DNA of 43,328 nucleotides from Chthoniobacteraceae bacterium (GTDB lineage: Bacteria > Verrucomicrobiota > Verrucomicrobiia > Chthoniobacterales > Chthoniobacteraceae). Below, in pieces: positions 8,528 to 21,787 of this stretch; position 1 is the stretch's first letter; each line of letters opens with the position of its first letter. The notes under the pieces are model-generated. The model had not been told where the DNA came from and did not search any database. It saw only the letters and a program-made list of their open reading frames with translations. The stretch is from contig JBBCKI010000056.1 in assembly GCA_037190965.1 (NCBI GenBank), forward strand, positions 1 to 43,328, given 5' to 3'. A program made the translations under genes and the position numbers.

Positions 8528-8767
8528 CTACCTGCCGCCGCGCACTTCGAAGTAGGTGTGCGGATCTCCCGCCTTGCTTCCCGCGCGCGGCTCAAGATCG
8601 AGTTCCTGATAAGCGGCCTCCAGGGCGCGGGGATCGTCGCGCAGCTCGGGGTAGATCGAGGCCAGCCGCCGTTTGATCCATTCTTTTGCCAGCCTGCGAT
8701 CAAGGGGATGCACCGGCGGCGCGGCTTTCAAAGCGCGCCGGAAGAGGGAAAAGGGGCCGGTTTTCAT
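8528..8767 (-). CDS. Small hypothetical protein (79 aa)
   Basis: Fills the gap between co-oriented genes; protein-like composition; no recognised motif. Confidence 0.55.
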   Translation of the reverse strand: MKTGPFSLFRRALKAAPPVHPLDRRLAKEWIKRRLASIYPELRDDPRALEAAYQELDLEPRAGSKAGDPHTYFEVRGGR

Positions 8768-8788
8768 GGAGCTGTTGGTCGTTGGAGT

Positions 8789-9553
8789 CTAGCGCAACAA
8801 ATGGACGGCAAGAAAGACCGCGTTCATCAGCCCAAGCACCAGCACCGGCTTAAGAGGGAATGAAGACCGGGAGGGCGAAGGGCTCCGGAGGAGCAGCGTA
8901 AGCAGAAACGCCGCCACAAACCAGGCGATAAAATTCTGCACGGGCGGCCACGCGGGGGCGAGTTGGGGATCCACTGCCGGGAACCATCTCCAGTAGTAAC
9001 GCACCTTCCATGCCACGGATTCCAGATTAAGGTCCGTCAGCAGCACGAGGGTGGCCGTCCCGAGGGCCAGAAATCCCCCGCGCGCTTTGGGGAAAACGGC
9101 GAGCACCGCGTACCGGCTGGCGGTGATGATTGTAAACCAAAGGAGCGGGACCGTCAGCGAGAGCGCCTCCCCAAAACGAAGCCCCAGGCGGCCCGTAAAG
9201 TAAAACGGGCCGAAGGGAAACCCGGTTGCAGCTCCCGTCCATGTGAGGAGCGCCGTGGCAATCAGCAGCGCCCCCGCCCAGCGGCGGGCGACCGCCTGCC
9301 CCTCGGCGGCAACAGTGTAGAAATAGACGTTTGCCGCCGCGAGAACGAACCAGACCGTATCGAACCATTTCAGGAGAAAGCCGAGCGTCTCCTGCAACCC
9401 CGCGTTGGAAACCCACTCCTGGATGTGATGCCCGCCGATTCCGAAGGGCATCAGCACGAAGGCGATTACCGTCCAGACGAGGAACCAGGGCCAAAAGAGC
9501 GATGAAGCAATGGCAAACGCCAGTTTGGTCTGGGAGGCGGGCGGATGAGGCAT
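8789..9553 (-). CDS. CruF-like carotenoid biosynthesis membrane protein (hydratase family)
   Basis: TGFPFGPFYFTGRLG, VPLLWF, DLNLESVA, PVQNFIAWF match my recollection of the CruF/carotenoid-synthesis family; multiple hydrophobic segments; start uncertain. Confidence 0.7.
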   Translation of the reverse strand: MPHPPASQTKLAFAIASSLFWPWFLVWTVIAFVLMPFGIGGHHIQEWVSNAGLQETLGFLLKWFDTVWFVLAAANVYFYTVAAEGQAVARRWAGALLIATALLTWTGAATGFPFGPFYFTGRLGLRFGEALSLTVPLLWFTIITASRYAVLAVFPKARGGFLALGTATLVLLTDLNLESVAWKVRYYWRWFPAVDPQLAPAWPPVQNFIAWFVAAFLLTLLLRSPSPSRSSFPLKPVLVLGLMNAVFLAVHLLR

Positions 9554-9567
9554 TACGTTCCTGAGGG

Positions 9568-10254
9568 GTGGGCCGTTCTGTTTATACTTTCTGTCGCACT
9601 CTAGCCAGAGGCATCTTTGCACTCCTTGGGCCGATCCGCGTTTTGCATGCCGAGCGCTCGGACTGCAAAGGGGCGTGCCTTTTTGTTTCCAACCACATTA
9701 GTCATTTCGATCCGCCATTGCTCGAGGTGGCCGCCTACCGGCAGATCGATTTCATGGCGATGACGGAACTCTTCCGTAACCCGATTTCAGCCGCTTTCTT
9801 TCGGGCGACGGGGGCGTTTCCTGCGGATCGGTCGAGGGTCGATCGGGCCGCCGTCCGCACCGCCCTTCGCCGTCTGGAGAGCGGGCGTGCGGTAGGGGTT
9901 TTTCCCGAAGGAGGCATTCGAGTGAGAGCGGCAAGTGTCCTCGAAGGCGGGCCGATGCGCCCCGGAGCGGTCACCCTGGCTCATCTTGCCGATGTGCCGG
10001 TGATCCCTTGTGTGGTGCTGGGGAGTGACGCGCTTTACAATTGGCGACGCTGGCTTCCCTGGCGCCGCGCCCGGTTCTGGGTGGCATTCGGCGAGCCGTT
10101 GCGGGTGCGGCACTATCTTCCCGGCAAAGAGGCGCGCGCCCGGCTGGAGCAGGAACTGACCGCCTCCTTCCAGGCGCTTTGCGTGGAGATCATGGAAACC
10201 TACGGCCTTGGCCCTGATGTATTGCCTCGCACGCCGGAAGAGCACCGGAAGTAA
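9568..10254 (+). CDS. PlsC-family lysophospholipid acyltransferase
   Basis: NHISHFD (HX4D), VFPEGG, VPVIP. Confidence 0.9.
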   Translation: MGRSVYTFCRTLARGIFALLGPIRVLHAERSDCKGACLFVSNHISHFDPPLLEVAAYRQIDFMAMTELFRNPISAAFFRATGAFPADRSRVDRAAVRTALRRLESGRAVGVFPEGGIRVRAASVLEGGPMRPGAVTLAHLADVPVIPCVVLGSDALYNWRRWLPWRRARFWVAFGEPLRVRHYLPGKEARARLEQELTASFQALCVEIMETYGLGPDVLPRTPEEHRK

Positions 10255-10301
10255 TCATTTTTCCGTCGCATGAGGCGGCGGGCTCATTATCTTATTCGTC
10301 A

Positions 10302-11651
10302 ATGCAAGATACCGTCGCCGCCATTTCGACCCCCTTTGGAGAAGGGGCCATTGCTGTGCTTCGGCTGAGCGGCCCCGAGGCCATCGTCATCGCGCAGAGG
10401 GTGTTCCAATGTGCCCGCCCGGGCCTGAGCGTGCCGGAGCTCCCGGCTCGCGTGCAGCACCTGGGGAAGATCGTGGACGGAGCGGGTTGTGTGATCGACG
10501 AAGTGCTGCTTTCGGTCTTTCGCGCTCCCGCCAGCTACACGGGGCAGGAGATGGTGGAGATCGCCTGTCACGGCGGCATCCTTGTCACGCGGCGGTTGCT
10601 GGGGCTCCTGCTGGAAAACGGCGCGCGCGCCGCGGGGCCGGGCGAATTCAGCCAACGCGCCTTCCTCAACGGCAAGATGGATCTGACGCAGGCCGAGGCG
10701 GTCATGGACCTGATCAAGGCGCAAACCGATCTCGCATTGCGGGCCGCCACGGAGCAACTCGAAGGGCGGCTCGGTCACCGCGTCCGCGAGATTCGCGACG
10801 GTTTGCTGGAGCTTCTCGCGCATGTCGAGGCGTTCATCGACTTTCCCGACGAAGACATCGACCCGGAGACGGGCGAAGCCCTGCTGGGCAGGCTTGAGCG
10901 CGCGCGGGAGCAGATCGGGCTTCTGCTTCGTACCGCCGATCAGGGGCGGGTGCTTCGCGAAGGGGTGCGGACGGTCATCTACGGCGCGCCGAACGTCGGC
11001 AAATCGAGCCTGCTCAATGTGCTGCTCGGCTATGAACGCGCCATCGTCAGCGACATCCCCGGCACCACGCGCGATTCCATCGAGGAGGTCATCAACCTCC
11101 GGGGGATTCCGCTACGGCTTGTCGACACCGCGGGCATTCGCGAATCGAGCGATACCATCGAGCGCGAAGGAATCGCGCGCACCTTGCGCCATCTGGAGCG
11201 GGCCGATCTCGTTTTGCATGTCGCCGACGCTTCGCAGCCTCCCGGTGAATTGCCCACGCCCGGGCATCTTCTCGTATTGAACAAGATCGATCTCGGCGAG
11301 CATCCGGGCTGGGCCGGGATCCCCGGGGTGCGGCTTTCCTGCCGGGAGGAGGGAGGCGGGGGAAACGGAGGAATGAGCGCCCTAGGCGACGCGGTCTTTA
11401 GCCGCGTGATGGGGAAGGGGCTGGCGGGAGGCGATTGCACCGTCGCGATCAATGCACGGCATCAGGCTTGTCTTAAAGAGGCAGATCGTTTTGCGCTGGC
11501 CGCGCGGCAATCGCTGGAAAACGGGCTCTCCGTGGAATTCGCCGCCATCGAAATCCGTAGCGCCCTCGACGCGGTTGGCGATGTCGTCGGGCGCGTCGAT
11601 ACGGAAGATTTGCTGGGAAAGATTTTCTCGACGTTCTGTTTGGGGAAATAG
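10302..11651 (+). CDS. mnmE: tRNA modification GTPase MnmE
   Basis: DTVAAISTP, SYTGQEMVEIACHGG, GAPNVGKSS, PGTTRD, DTAGIR, NKID, terminal FCLGK. Confidence 0.97.
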   Translation: MQDTVAAISTPFGEGAIAVLRLSGPEAIVIAQRVFQCARPGLSVPELPARVQHLGKIVDGAGCVIDEVLLSVFRAPASYTGQEMVEIACHGGILVTRRLLGLLLENGARAAGPGEFSQRAFLNGKMDLTQAEAVMDLIKAQTDLALRAATEQLEGRLGHRVREIRDGLLELLAHVEAFIDFPDEDIDPETGEALLGRLERAREQIGLLLRTADQGRVLREGVRTVIYGAPNVGKSSLLNVLLGYERAIVSDIPGTTRDSIEEVINLRGIPLRLVDTAGIRESSDTIEREGIARTLRHLERADLVLHVADASQPPGELPTPGHLLVLNKIDLGEHPGWAGIPGVRLSCREEGGGGNGGMSALGDAVFSRVMGKGLAGGDCTVAINARHQACLKEADRFALAARQSLENGLSVEFAAIEIRSALDAVGDVVGRVDTEDLLGKIFSTFCLGK

Positions 11652-11662
11652 GGAAAGGAAGA

Positions 11663-11824
11663 ATGGTGCGGCAGCACCGGTAGCCCGCTCGCGCCGTCGA
11701 GCGCGGAGTTTGGCTCTCGTGGCTTCATGGGGGCCGCATCCAACACCAGATAGCCCGTCCTGCGGGGATGGGCGTCAAACGCGAGTCGTCACCCATCCCG
11801 CGCTCGCGGCGCGAGCGGACTACC
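11663..11824 (-). repeat. REPIN-like copy 3
   Basis: Cap 11663-11678, core 11679-11824, spacer in reverse orientation; between convergent mnmE and rfbA. Confidence 0.95.
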
Positions 11825-11842
11825 TTGTATGCACACACTCGA

Positions 11843-12736
11843 TCACACGAGAGTGGCCGCGTGTTGCGTTTCGGACAGCACCATCTCCAGATAGCGGCGG
11901 TATTCGTTTTTGGGCAGGCTTTCCACGCGGGTCTGCAACTCGTCTCTCGTCAGAAATCCCCGGTTGAAGCCGATCTCCTCCAGGCAGGCCACCATCAGTC
12001 CCTGCCGGTGCTGGATGGCGGCGACGTAGTTGGCTGCCTCCAGCAGGCTTTCATGCGTGCCGGTGTCCAGCCACGCCATGCCGCGACCGAGCAACTGCAC
12101 ATCGAGCTGCCCGCGACGCAGGTATTCCAAATTGACGTCGGTGATCTCGAGTTCGCCGCGCGGCGACGGCTTCAGGTTTCGGCAGATCTCCACGACCTGG
12201 TTGTCGTAAATATAAAGGCCGGGGACGGCAAAATGGCTTTTCGGCTTCGCCGGTTTCTCCTCCAGGCTGATGGCGTTGCCGGAAGCGTCGAACTCGACGA
12301 CGGCGTACCGCTCCGGGTCCCGCACCTGATAACCGAAGATTCTGGCGCCCCGGGTCAGCGCCAGCGCCTCCCGAAAGAAATCGAGCGGGCCATAGAAGAC
12401 GTTGTCTCCAAGAATGAGGCTTACCCCGGAGTCGCCGATGAAATCCGCGCCGACAAGAAATGCCTGCGCAATTCCCTCCGGGCGTTCCTGCACGGCATAT
12501 TCAATGTGAATTCCGAAGGCTGAGCCATCCCCGAGGATCTCGCGAAACCGGGGGATGTCCGCCGGGGTGGAGATGAGCAGAATCTCACGGATGCCCCCCA
12601 GCATCAGCGTCGCCAGCGGGTAGTAGATCATCGGCTTGTCGTAGACCGGCAGCAGTTGCTTGCAAACCAGCCGCGTCAGCGGGTGAAGCCGCGATCCGGA
12701 CCCTCCGGCGAGGACGATACCTTTTTCGATTTTCAT
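11843..12736 (-). CDS. rfbA: Glucose-1-phosphate thymidylyltransferase
   Basis: [55 protein letters not shown]. Confidence 0.97.
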   Translation of the reverse strand: MKIEKGIVLAGGSGSRLHPLTRLVCKQLLPVYDKPMIYYPLATLMLGGIREILLISTPADIPRFREILGDGSAFGIHIEYAVQERPEGIAQAFLVGADFIGDSGVSLILGDNVFYGPLDFFREALALTRGARIFGYQVRDPERYAVVEFDASGNAISLEEKPAKPKSHFAVPGLYIYDNQVVEICRNLKPSPRGELEITDVNLEYLRRGQLDVQLLGRGMAWLDTGTHESLLEAANYVAAIQHRQGLMVACLEEIGFNRGFLTRDELQTRVESLPKNEYRRYLEMVLSETQHAATLV

Positions 12737-12832
12737 AGGGCAGAAGTCACGTCGTTGCGTTGACCTCGCCACCCTTTCTCCATCCGCATTGGAAGGAAAG
12801 CAGAATCAGGGCATCTGGGTGCCTCGGAAGCG

Positions 12833-13375
12833 TTAGTTTGCTTTTCGAGCCTGTTTGTTGAGAGCCTCGAACCGGGGGCTGGCAAATTCCACTTTCTTGT
12901 CGCCCCGGTCGATGACCACTTTCCACGCCACAAACTGATCGACATGCATCTCTGAAGTGCCGTGCATATGCCCGTTGATCGAGAATTCTCCAAGGAAAAG
13001 GCCGGCTTTGTTGGCAGCCCGGAGTGCTTCGAGTGGTACGGAGCCTTCGAATCGTTGATAATCCGCCTTTTCGGAGGTCCACCGTTGGATCAGAACGGCA
13101 TAGGTGACCTCTCCGGCGGGGATGTCCCTCATTGATTTGTTGGTCACATCCAGCTTGAGCGACATTGTCCTGTCGACCTCAAGCGTCCCTGCGCTGTAAT
13201 ACGAGGCGGCACGATCATTCCTTCGGATAATGCGCTTTTGAATGTCCACCAGCAGACCGTCCTTTTCGGCGGCATCAACCGCGGGCATGGTTGTCATCGC
13301 AACCGCCAATCCCATCAGCGCACACAACCAATTTGGACGAATGACGACCCCTTCGATGAGCTTGAGAAATTTCAT
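12833..13375 (-). CDS. Hypothetical exported protein
   Basis: Signal-peptide-like N-terminus ending AVDA; beta-rich-looking body; no known motif. Confidence 0.6.
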   Translation of the reverse strand: MKFLKLIEGVVIRPNWLCALMGLAVAMTTMPAVDAAEKDGLLVDIQKRIIRRNDRAASYYSAGTLEVDRTMSLKLDVTNKSMRDIPAGEVTYAVLIQRWTSEKADYQRFEGSVPLEALRAANKAGLFLGEFSINGHMHGTSEMHVDQFVAWKVVIDRGDKKVEFASPRFEALNKQARKAN

Positions 13376-13493
13376 AATCCGTGAACAGGTTGGCGGAGGG
13401 TGTCAAACCGAAGACGGCATGGCAAGCCAAAGGGAAGGAGTTTCTAATTCCGCTCGCACCAACGTCGGTTTTCGGATAACCCGAATCCCGTAA

Positions 13494-14456
13494 ATGGCTG
13501 TATTACCGGATAGATCCCTGGTCCTCTCCTATGCGCTTTTCATTTTATTGATCGTGCTGGTGGGATGGTTGCAGTTGGCAACCATTATCGTCGCCGCTCT
13601 TTTCTCGTTCCTTGCGCTTCGGGTGCTCTGCTTCGGCGGTTACAAACGGTCGGCGGTCGCCCTGTTTCTGGTGCTGCTCGCGGCAGTGTTCTATGGGTTT
13701 GTCCTTTTCATCAACCACGCCATCGTGGCGTTGCCGGAGATCGCCTCCACTTCGATTCCCATCATCGTCCGGTATGCGACGGAGCGGGGGATCGAGCTTC
13801 CCTTTAGCGACACGGAAAGCCTGAAATCGCTCGCGCTCGACAGTGTCCGCACGACGGTCGGTTTCGTGGGCAATTTTGCCAAAATCGCCACCAAGGAGTT
13901 CGTCTTTCTGGTGGTGGGAGTCTGCGTCGCTGTCGGGATCTTTATGAAACCGGAGCTTGAGCACAATGGGGAGCCGCAGCCGCTCAATCTCTACACGCTC
14001 CATTTCGGCCGGATCGCGCAGTTTTTCTTCTCGCTCTATCACAGCTTCGAGAGGGTCATGGGGGCGCAGGTAATCATCTCGGCCATCAATACGGGGCTCA
14101 CGGCGATCTTTCTCTATTCTTTTTCGCTCCGTTACGCCCCGGTGCTCGTCGCGATCACCTTCCTGTGCGGGCTCCTGCCGGTGATCGGGAATATCGTCAG
14201 CAACACCATCATCGTCAGTGTGGCGTTTACCGTCTCCCCGCAGTTCGCCGGGTGGGCGCTCCTCTTTCTGGTTTCCATCCATAAACTGGAGTATTTTCTC
14301 AACAGCAAAATCATCGGCAAACGAATCCAGCAGCCGATGTGGCTGACTTTGATCGCCCTGGTGCTCGGCGAACGTCTCTTCGGAATCTCCGGGGTGATCC
14401 TTGCGCCGGTCGTTCTCAATTTCATCAAGGTGGAAGCTTCCCAATATGAGCCTTAA
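13494..14456 (+). CDS. AI-2E (PerM) family transporter
   Basis: Multi-TM; CGLLPVIGN, KLEYFLNSKIIG, FGISGVILAP. Confidence 0.82.
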   Translation: MAVLPDRSLVLSYALFILLIVLVGWLQLATIIVAALFSFLALRVLCFGGYKRSAVALFLVLLAAVFYGFVLFINHAIVALPEIASTSIPIIVRYATERGIELPFSDTESLKSLALDSVRTTVGFVGNFAKIATKEFVFLVVGVCVAVGIFMKPELEHNGEPQPLNLYTLHFGRIAQFFFSLYHSFERVMGAQVIISAINTGLTAIFLYSFSLRYAPVLVAITFLCGLLPVIGNIVSNTIIVSVAFTVSPQFAGWALLFLVSIHKLEYFLNSKIIGKRIQQPMWLTLIALVLGERLFGISGVILAPVVLNFIKVEASQYEP

Positions 14457-14907
14457 TCATCCCAGCGAACCCGCTCCCTCCACTCCCCGTGTGGAGACGG
14501 AGGTGGAAGTAATGTTCTTCGACACCGACTGCGCGGCGGTTGTCCACAACATCGCCTATCTGCGGTTTATCGAAACCGCCCGCACGCATCTCGCCGCGCA
14601 GTTGGGGATGGGACTGCGGGAGATGGCGCAAACCGGCGTCTACCCGGTGGTGGTGCGGACGGAGATCGATTACAAGCGCCCCGCTGCGCTGGGTGACAAA
14701 TTGGTCATCCATGGAGAACTCGCCAGCGTGGAGCGGAGCCGGTTCTGGTGCGCCTTTCGCGTCGTGCGCCCCTCCGATGGGACGTTGATCGCGCAGTCGC
14801 GCCAGATGCTGGCGGTGGTGCAGATGCCGCAGGGGAAAGCGATCCGGCTGCCGGAGGATTGGGCTCGCCGTTACCCGCATCTCGTGGTCACCGGCAGGCA
14901 AGGCTGA
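14446..14907 (+). CDS. Acyl-CoA thioesterase (4HBT/YbgC family)
   Basis: FFDTDCAAVVHNIAYLRFIETAR, EIDYKRPA. Confidence 0.9.
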   Translation: MSLNHPSEPAPSTPRVETEVEVMFFDTDCAAVVHNIAYLRFIETARTHLAAQLGMGLREMAQTGVYPVVVRTEIDYKRPAALGDKLVIHGELASVERSRFWCAFRVVRPSDGTLIAQSRQMLAVVQMPQGKAIRLPEDWARRYPHLVVTGRQG

Positions 14908-14944
14908 TCGAGTCTCTGCCGACGAAGTTCTTTAAACTGTTCCG

Positions 14945-16606
14945 ATGCCTGCGGAGACGCTCCCACTCGACGATGCGCCGATGCTTCCCCCGCTGGTACT
15001 GCGCCCTCCGTTGGGGCCGAGGGTGCTACGGGGGATGGTGCTTGCCCTGGCGGCGATTTTCCATGTGCTCACCGCGGGATGGAACCAGATCGCCAACGGG
15101 CGGGAGGGAGATATCGCGGGGGCAGCGCGTCTCCTGTCGCTGGAGCGGGGGTGGTTCCCTTCGTTTTCCTCAGGGATTGAGTCGCCCTCGGGGCCGCTGG
15201 CGGTTTGGCTCTCCAAGGGATCGATGAACCTTTTAGGGATCGATGAATTCGGCGCGCGGCTACCCGCGGCGCTCGGGGCGGTGGCCATGATTTGGGTGGT
15301 AATGCGCCTTGGAGAATGCTTCGGGGGAACCTGGCGCGGTTTTGTGGCGGGGATGCTTTTGCTTTGCACCCCGGGGATGTTCACGCTGGGGAGAACGCTC
15401 TCCGCAGCGCCTCTGGAAGCCGCTTTCGTGGCGACGGTCTTCCTTTGCCTCGTGCGCGGATACCAACACCGCTCGGGTCGCCGGCAATGGTTTTTCCTGG
15501 GCTGGCTGGCTTTGGCGTGCGCCTTTTTTACAGGGGGCGTGATCCCGGTCGTGATGGTCGTCTCCACCGTCTTGGTGCTGGCGGTGTTTTACCGGAAGGC
15601 ACGGCTCCGGTTCCGCTCCGCGTTGTCGTGGGAGGCGGCTCTTGTCATCGCCCTTGCGGCGGCAGGCGCGGCGGCCTGTGGGTTTGTGGACGTGACTTCC
15701 ACGATTCCGACCCCTGACGCGGGCAGGATTATCGCCGGGCAGGCGGCGTTGCTCTTTCCCTGGTCGTTGTTACTGCTTCCGTCGGCGGGGGTGGTGATCG
15801 TGCGGTTGGCGTTGGGGCGGCCCCTGGAGTGGGGGGAGGCCTTTCCGCTCGTCTGGCTGGGCGTGGGCTTGGCGGTGATTCTTCTTTTCCCGACGGGAAG
15901 CCTGTTTGACACCCTCATGATCTGGCCTGCGGTGGCGCTTTGGGGGGCGCGGGCGCTTGAGATCCTGAGCCGCCGCAGCTTTCTGCGCGGTTGCGCCGCG
16001 GTGTTTGCGCTGGCGGGGTCGAGCCTCGTGTTGACCGGGCGCATCAAGGAGGGGCTGGTCGGAATGTTCCCCGCGATTGCCGATTTCATCAACGGCATCC
16101 CGGCTTTTTTCTGGCCCTCCGTCGCCTCCGTGGTGTTCATCGCGCTGCTCGCCTTCGCATTGTTTGCCGCCGTGGCGTTTGCGCTGGATCTTTCCCATCA
16201 CCGCCGGTTCGCCGTGATCGCCCTCTTTGGGGCGATGCTTCCCTCCGGGTACGCCTTTGTGGACATCGCGGCGAAGCTCGCGCCTTATTTCTCCTACGCG
16301 GAGATCGCCCGGTGCGTAAACGATTCGCACGCCGAGAAACAGGATATCGCTGTGGATGGGACCCGGTTCGGCGCCAGCAGCCTTCTTTTTTATCTCGATC
16401 CGTCGTCCTTGCCTTTCGAGATCGCTCCCGATCCCGCCAACCGCAATGCGGTGGCCGCGCTCTTGGCCGAGAACAGGAAAACCGTTTTGATCACGCGGCG
16501 CACCCGGCTGGCGCTTTGGGATAAGGCGTCAGATCCTCGAAAACTGCAAATCGAGTGCGAATCGGGGGGGAGCCTGCTTCTGAAGCCCTCCGTCACTCCC
16601 CCGTAA
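14945..16606 (+). CDS. ArnT/GT39-like membrane glycosyltransferase
   Basis: Many TM segments; GIDEFGARLPAAL, LFPWSLLL; soluble C-terminal domain. Confidence 0.65.
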   Translation: MPAETLPLDDAPMLPPLVLRPPLGPRVLRGMVLALAAIFHVLTAGWNQIANGREGDIAGAARLLSLERGWFPSFSSGIESPSGPLAVWLSKGSMNLLGIDEFGARLPAALGAVAMIWVVMRLGECFGGTWRGFVAGMLLLCTPGMFTLGRTLSAAPLEAAFVATVFLCLVRGYQHRSGRRQWFFLGWLALACAFFTGGVIPVVMVVSTVLVLAVFYRKARLRFRSALSWEAALVIALAAAGAAACGFVDVTSTIPTPDAGRIIAGQAALLFPWSLLLLPSAGVVIVRLALGRPLEWGEAFPLVWLGVGLAVILLFPTGSLFDTLMIWPAVALWGARALEILSRRSFLRGCAAVFALAGSSLVLTGRIKEGLVGMFPAIADFINGIPAFFWPSVASVVFIALLAFALFAAVAFALDLSHHRRFAVIALFGAMLPSGYAFVDIAAKLAPYFSYAEIARCVNDSHAEKQDIAVDGTRFGASSLLFYLDPSSLPFEIAPDPANRNAVAALLAENRKTVLITRRTRLALWDKASDPRKLQIECESGGSLLLKPSVTPP

Positions 16607-16613
16607 ATGACGT

Positions 16614-16640
16614 AAAAACGCGATAAACATCGCGTTTTTT
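16614..16640. terminator. Bidirectional-type intrinsic terminator
   Basis: aaaaacgcgat-aaac-atcgcgttttt perfect 11-bp inverted repeat just after stop 16606. Confidence 0.6.
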
Positions 16641-16719
16641 CCGGTGGTCACCCGCAACCGCCGAATTCAGGTTGATAAATCCTCCAACCCCCTTCTTAAT
16701 TCCCGGCACGTTTTTCCGC

Positions 16720-19988
<3,269 letters not shown>

Positions 19989-19992
<4 letters not shown>

Positions 19993-21041
19993 TCTCCGGC
20001 GCCGAAGAGTCTGCCGAACGGGAGCGGAACGCCGATGGCGGCGCGATGCTCCCCGGCGGTCTCGCGGTGCTGAACGCGGGAGGGAGCGATCCCGACCAAT
20101 CCTTTGCAGACCGCGCGGGAGAACCCTGCGCGGGGCGAGCGCACGCCCCGGTCAATTACCATGCCTACGCGGCATGCACGGCGGGGAGCTTCCTTCGCAA
20201 GCCGGAGAGCATCCGGCCTGAGCAGAACGCGGTGCTCTTGTTGTTGCGCCGCGATCTGAAGCTCGCGCTCAAGACACTGGTGAGGTTGCAGGCGCTAGGA
20301 AGGAAAGTGGCGGTTTCGCTCAAGGAATCGGGCTGTCATCAAGTCGCCGCTGTGTTGAACGACCCCAAGCGGGTCGCTCTGTTCCGGCAGATTTGCGCGC
20401 GCGCCGACTTCGCCCTCTCCAGCACGCCGGATCTTGTCCCGGTCTATCTCGGGGCGGGTGCACCCCGGGCCGAGTTCGTGCCGACGCCGTATCCGGTCGA
20501 TGCAGCAGCCTGGGATTTTTCGCGCCCTGAGGAAGAACGCCGGGGGATTATGATCGGCACGCGGGAGTTCGAGGTGCCGACTCGTAACCATCTCGGGGCT
20601 TTGCTGGCGCTTCGGTCGCTGGGAGAGCCGGTGACGGTGATCAACGCCGACGGACGGAAAGGCCGGAAAATATTGGCGGCGCTGGAGTTCCCCAATCTCC
20701 GCGTGGTGGAAGGCCGCCTCGGATACTCCGACTATCTTCAATTAATGGCCGGGCACCGCCTGGTGTTTCAGCTCGACCGGAGCGCCGTGCCGGGGCAGGT
20801 CGCGGGTGATGCTTTGCTCTGCCGGGTGCCTTGCGTCGGCGGCGACGGCGCGGTGGAACGGATCGCGTTTCCTTCGCTCTGCGGATTCGGGGCCGACACG
20901 CCCGCGCTGCTCAGCCGCCTCAAAGCGTTGATGAGGGACGATGCGGTTTACGGCAAGGCCGTTGAGGATTCCCAGCGTCTGGCGAGTGAGAAACTATCGT
21001 TTGCGACGGTGGCGAAGCAGTTGGGGGCAGTTTTCGGATAG
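19989..21041 (+). CDS. Glycosyltransferase (GT-B)-like hypothetical protein
   Basis: C-terminal YSDYLQLM...[18 protein letters not shown] resembles the GT4 nucleotide-binding region; 4-nt GTGA overlap with the carB stop; start uncertain. Confidence 0.55.
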
Positions 21042-21089
21042 CCGTCCAGTTCGACTGCATGACGGCAAAGTTACCGGAGGACTCGGCAA

Positions 21090-21250
21090 GGTAGTCCGCT
21101 CGCGCCGTCGAGCGCGGGATGGATGAAGAGTCGCGTTTGGCGTCCATCCCCGCAGGACGGGCTGCTGGCATTGGGATGTGGCCTCCGCGAACCACGGAGC
21201 CGATACCCGCGCTCGGCGGCGCGAGCGTGCTACCGGTGCTGCCGCACCAT
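21090..21250 (+). repeat. REPIN-like copy 4
   Basis: Core 21090-21234, cap 21235-21250 followed by a T-tract; between convergent genes. Confidence 0.95.
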
Positions 21251-21291
21251 TTTTTCTTTTTGGTGCTTTCTCGTCATGCCCCGTTTAGTTC

Positions 21292-21729
21292 CTACCGTTG
21301 CCGCCTTGGCACGGCTTCCCTGGCGAGGAGATCGCACCGTTCATTGAGGTCGTGCCCGGCGTGGCCCTTGACCCAGCGCCAGTCAATCTCATGGCAGGTC
21401 TGCGCGTGGTCGAGAGCCTTCCAGAGATCGTCGTTCTTTACGGGTTGCTTCTCGCGCGTGATCCACCCTTTGGCCTTCCATCCCTTGAGCCATTGGGTGA
21501 TCCCTTTGCGGAGGTACTCGGAGTCGGTGTAAAATTCGATCCGGCACGGTTCCTTCAACACGCGGAGCGCCTCGATGGCGGCCTGAAGCTCCATCCGGTT
21601 GTTGGTCGTCGCGGGATCGCCGCCGCTGACCTCCTTGATGCGCCCGTTCCAGAGAAGGACGGCCGCCCAGCCGCCGGGTCCCGGGTTGCCCTGGCACGCG
21701 CCGTCGGTATAGATGATCACATTTTTCAA
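21292..21729 (-). CDS. rnhA: Ribonuclease HI
   Basis: [44 protein letters not shown] start. Confidence 0.97.
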   Translation of the reverse strand: MKNVIIYTDGACQGNPGPGGWAAVLLWNGRIKEVSGGDPATTNNRMELQAAIEALRVLKEPCRIEFYTDSEYLRKGITQWLKGWKAKGWITREKQPVKNDDLWKALDHAQTCHEIDWRWVKGHAGHDLNERCDLLAREAVPRRQR

Positions 21730-21787
21730 GGGGGGAGAGGAATAGCCTCAAAACTCACGGCTTGCCAAACCGAAAGGTGCGGCGACA

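Noticed and set aside
21292..21729. RNase H as part of a retroelement or defence system
   Set aside because: Canonical stand-alone RnhA; no reverse transcriptase in the window
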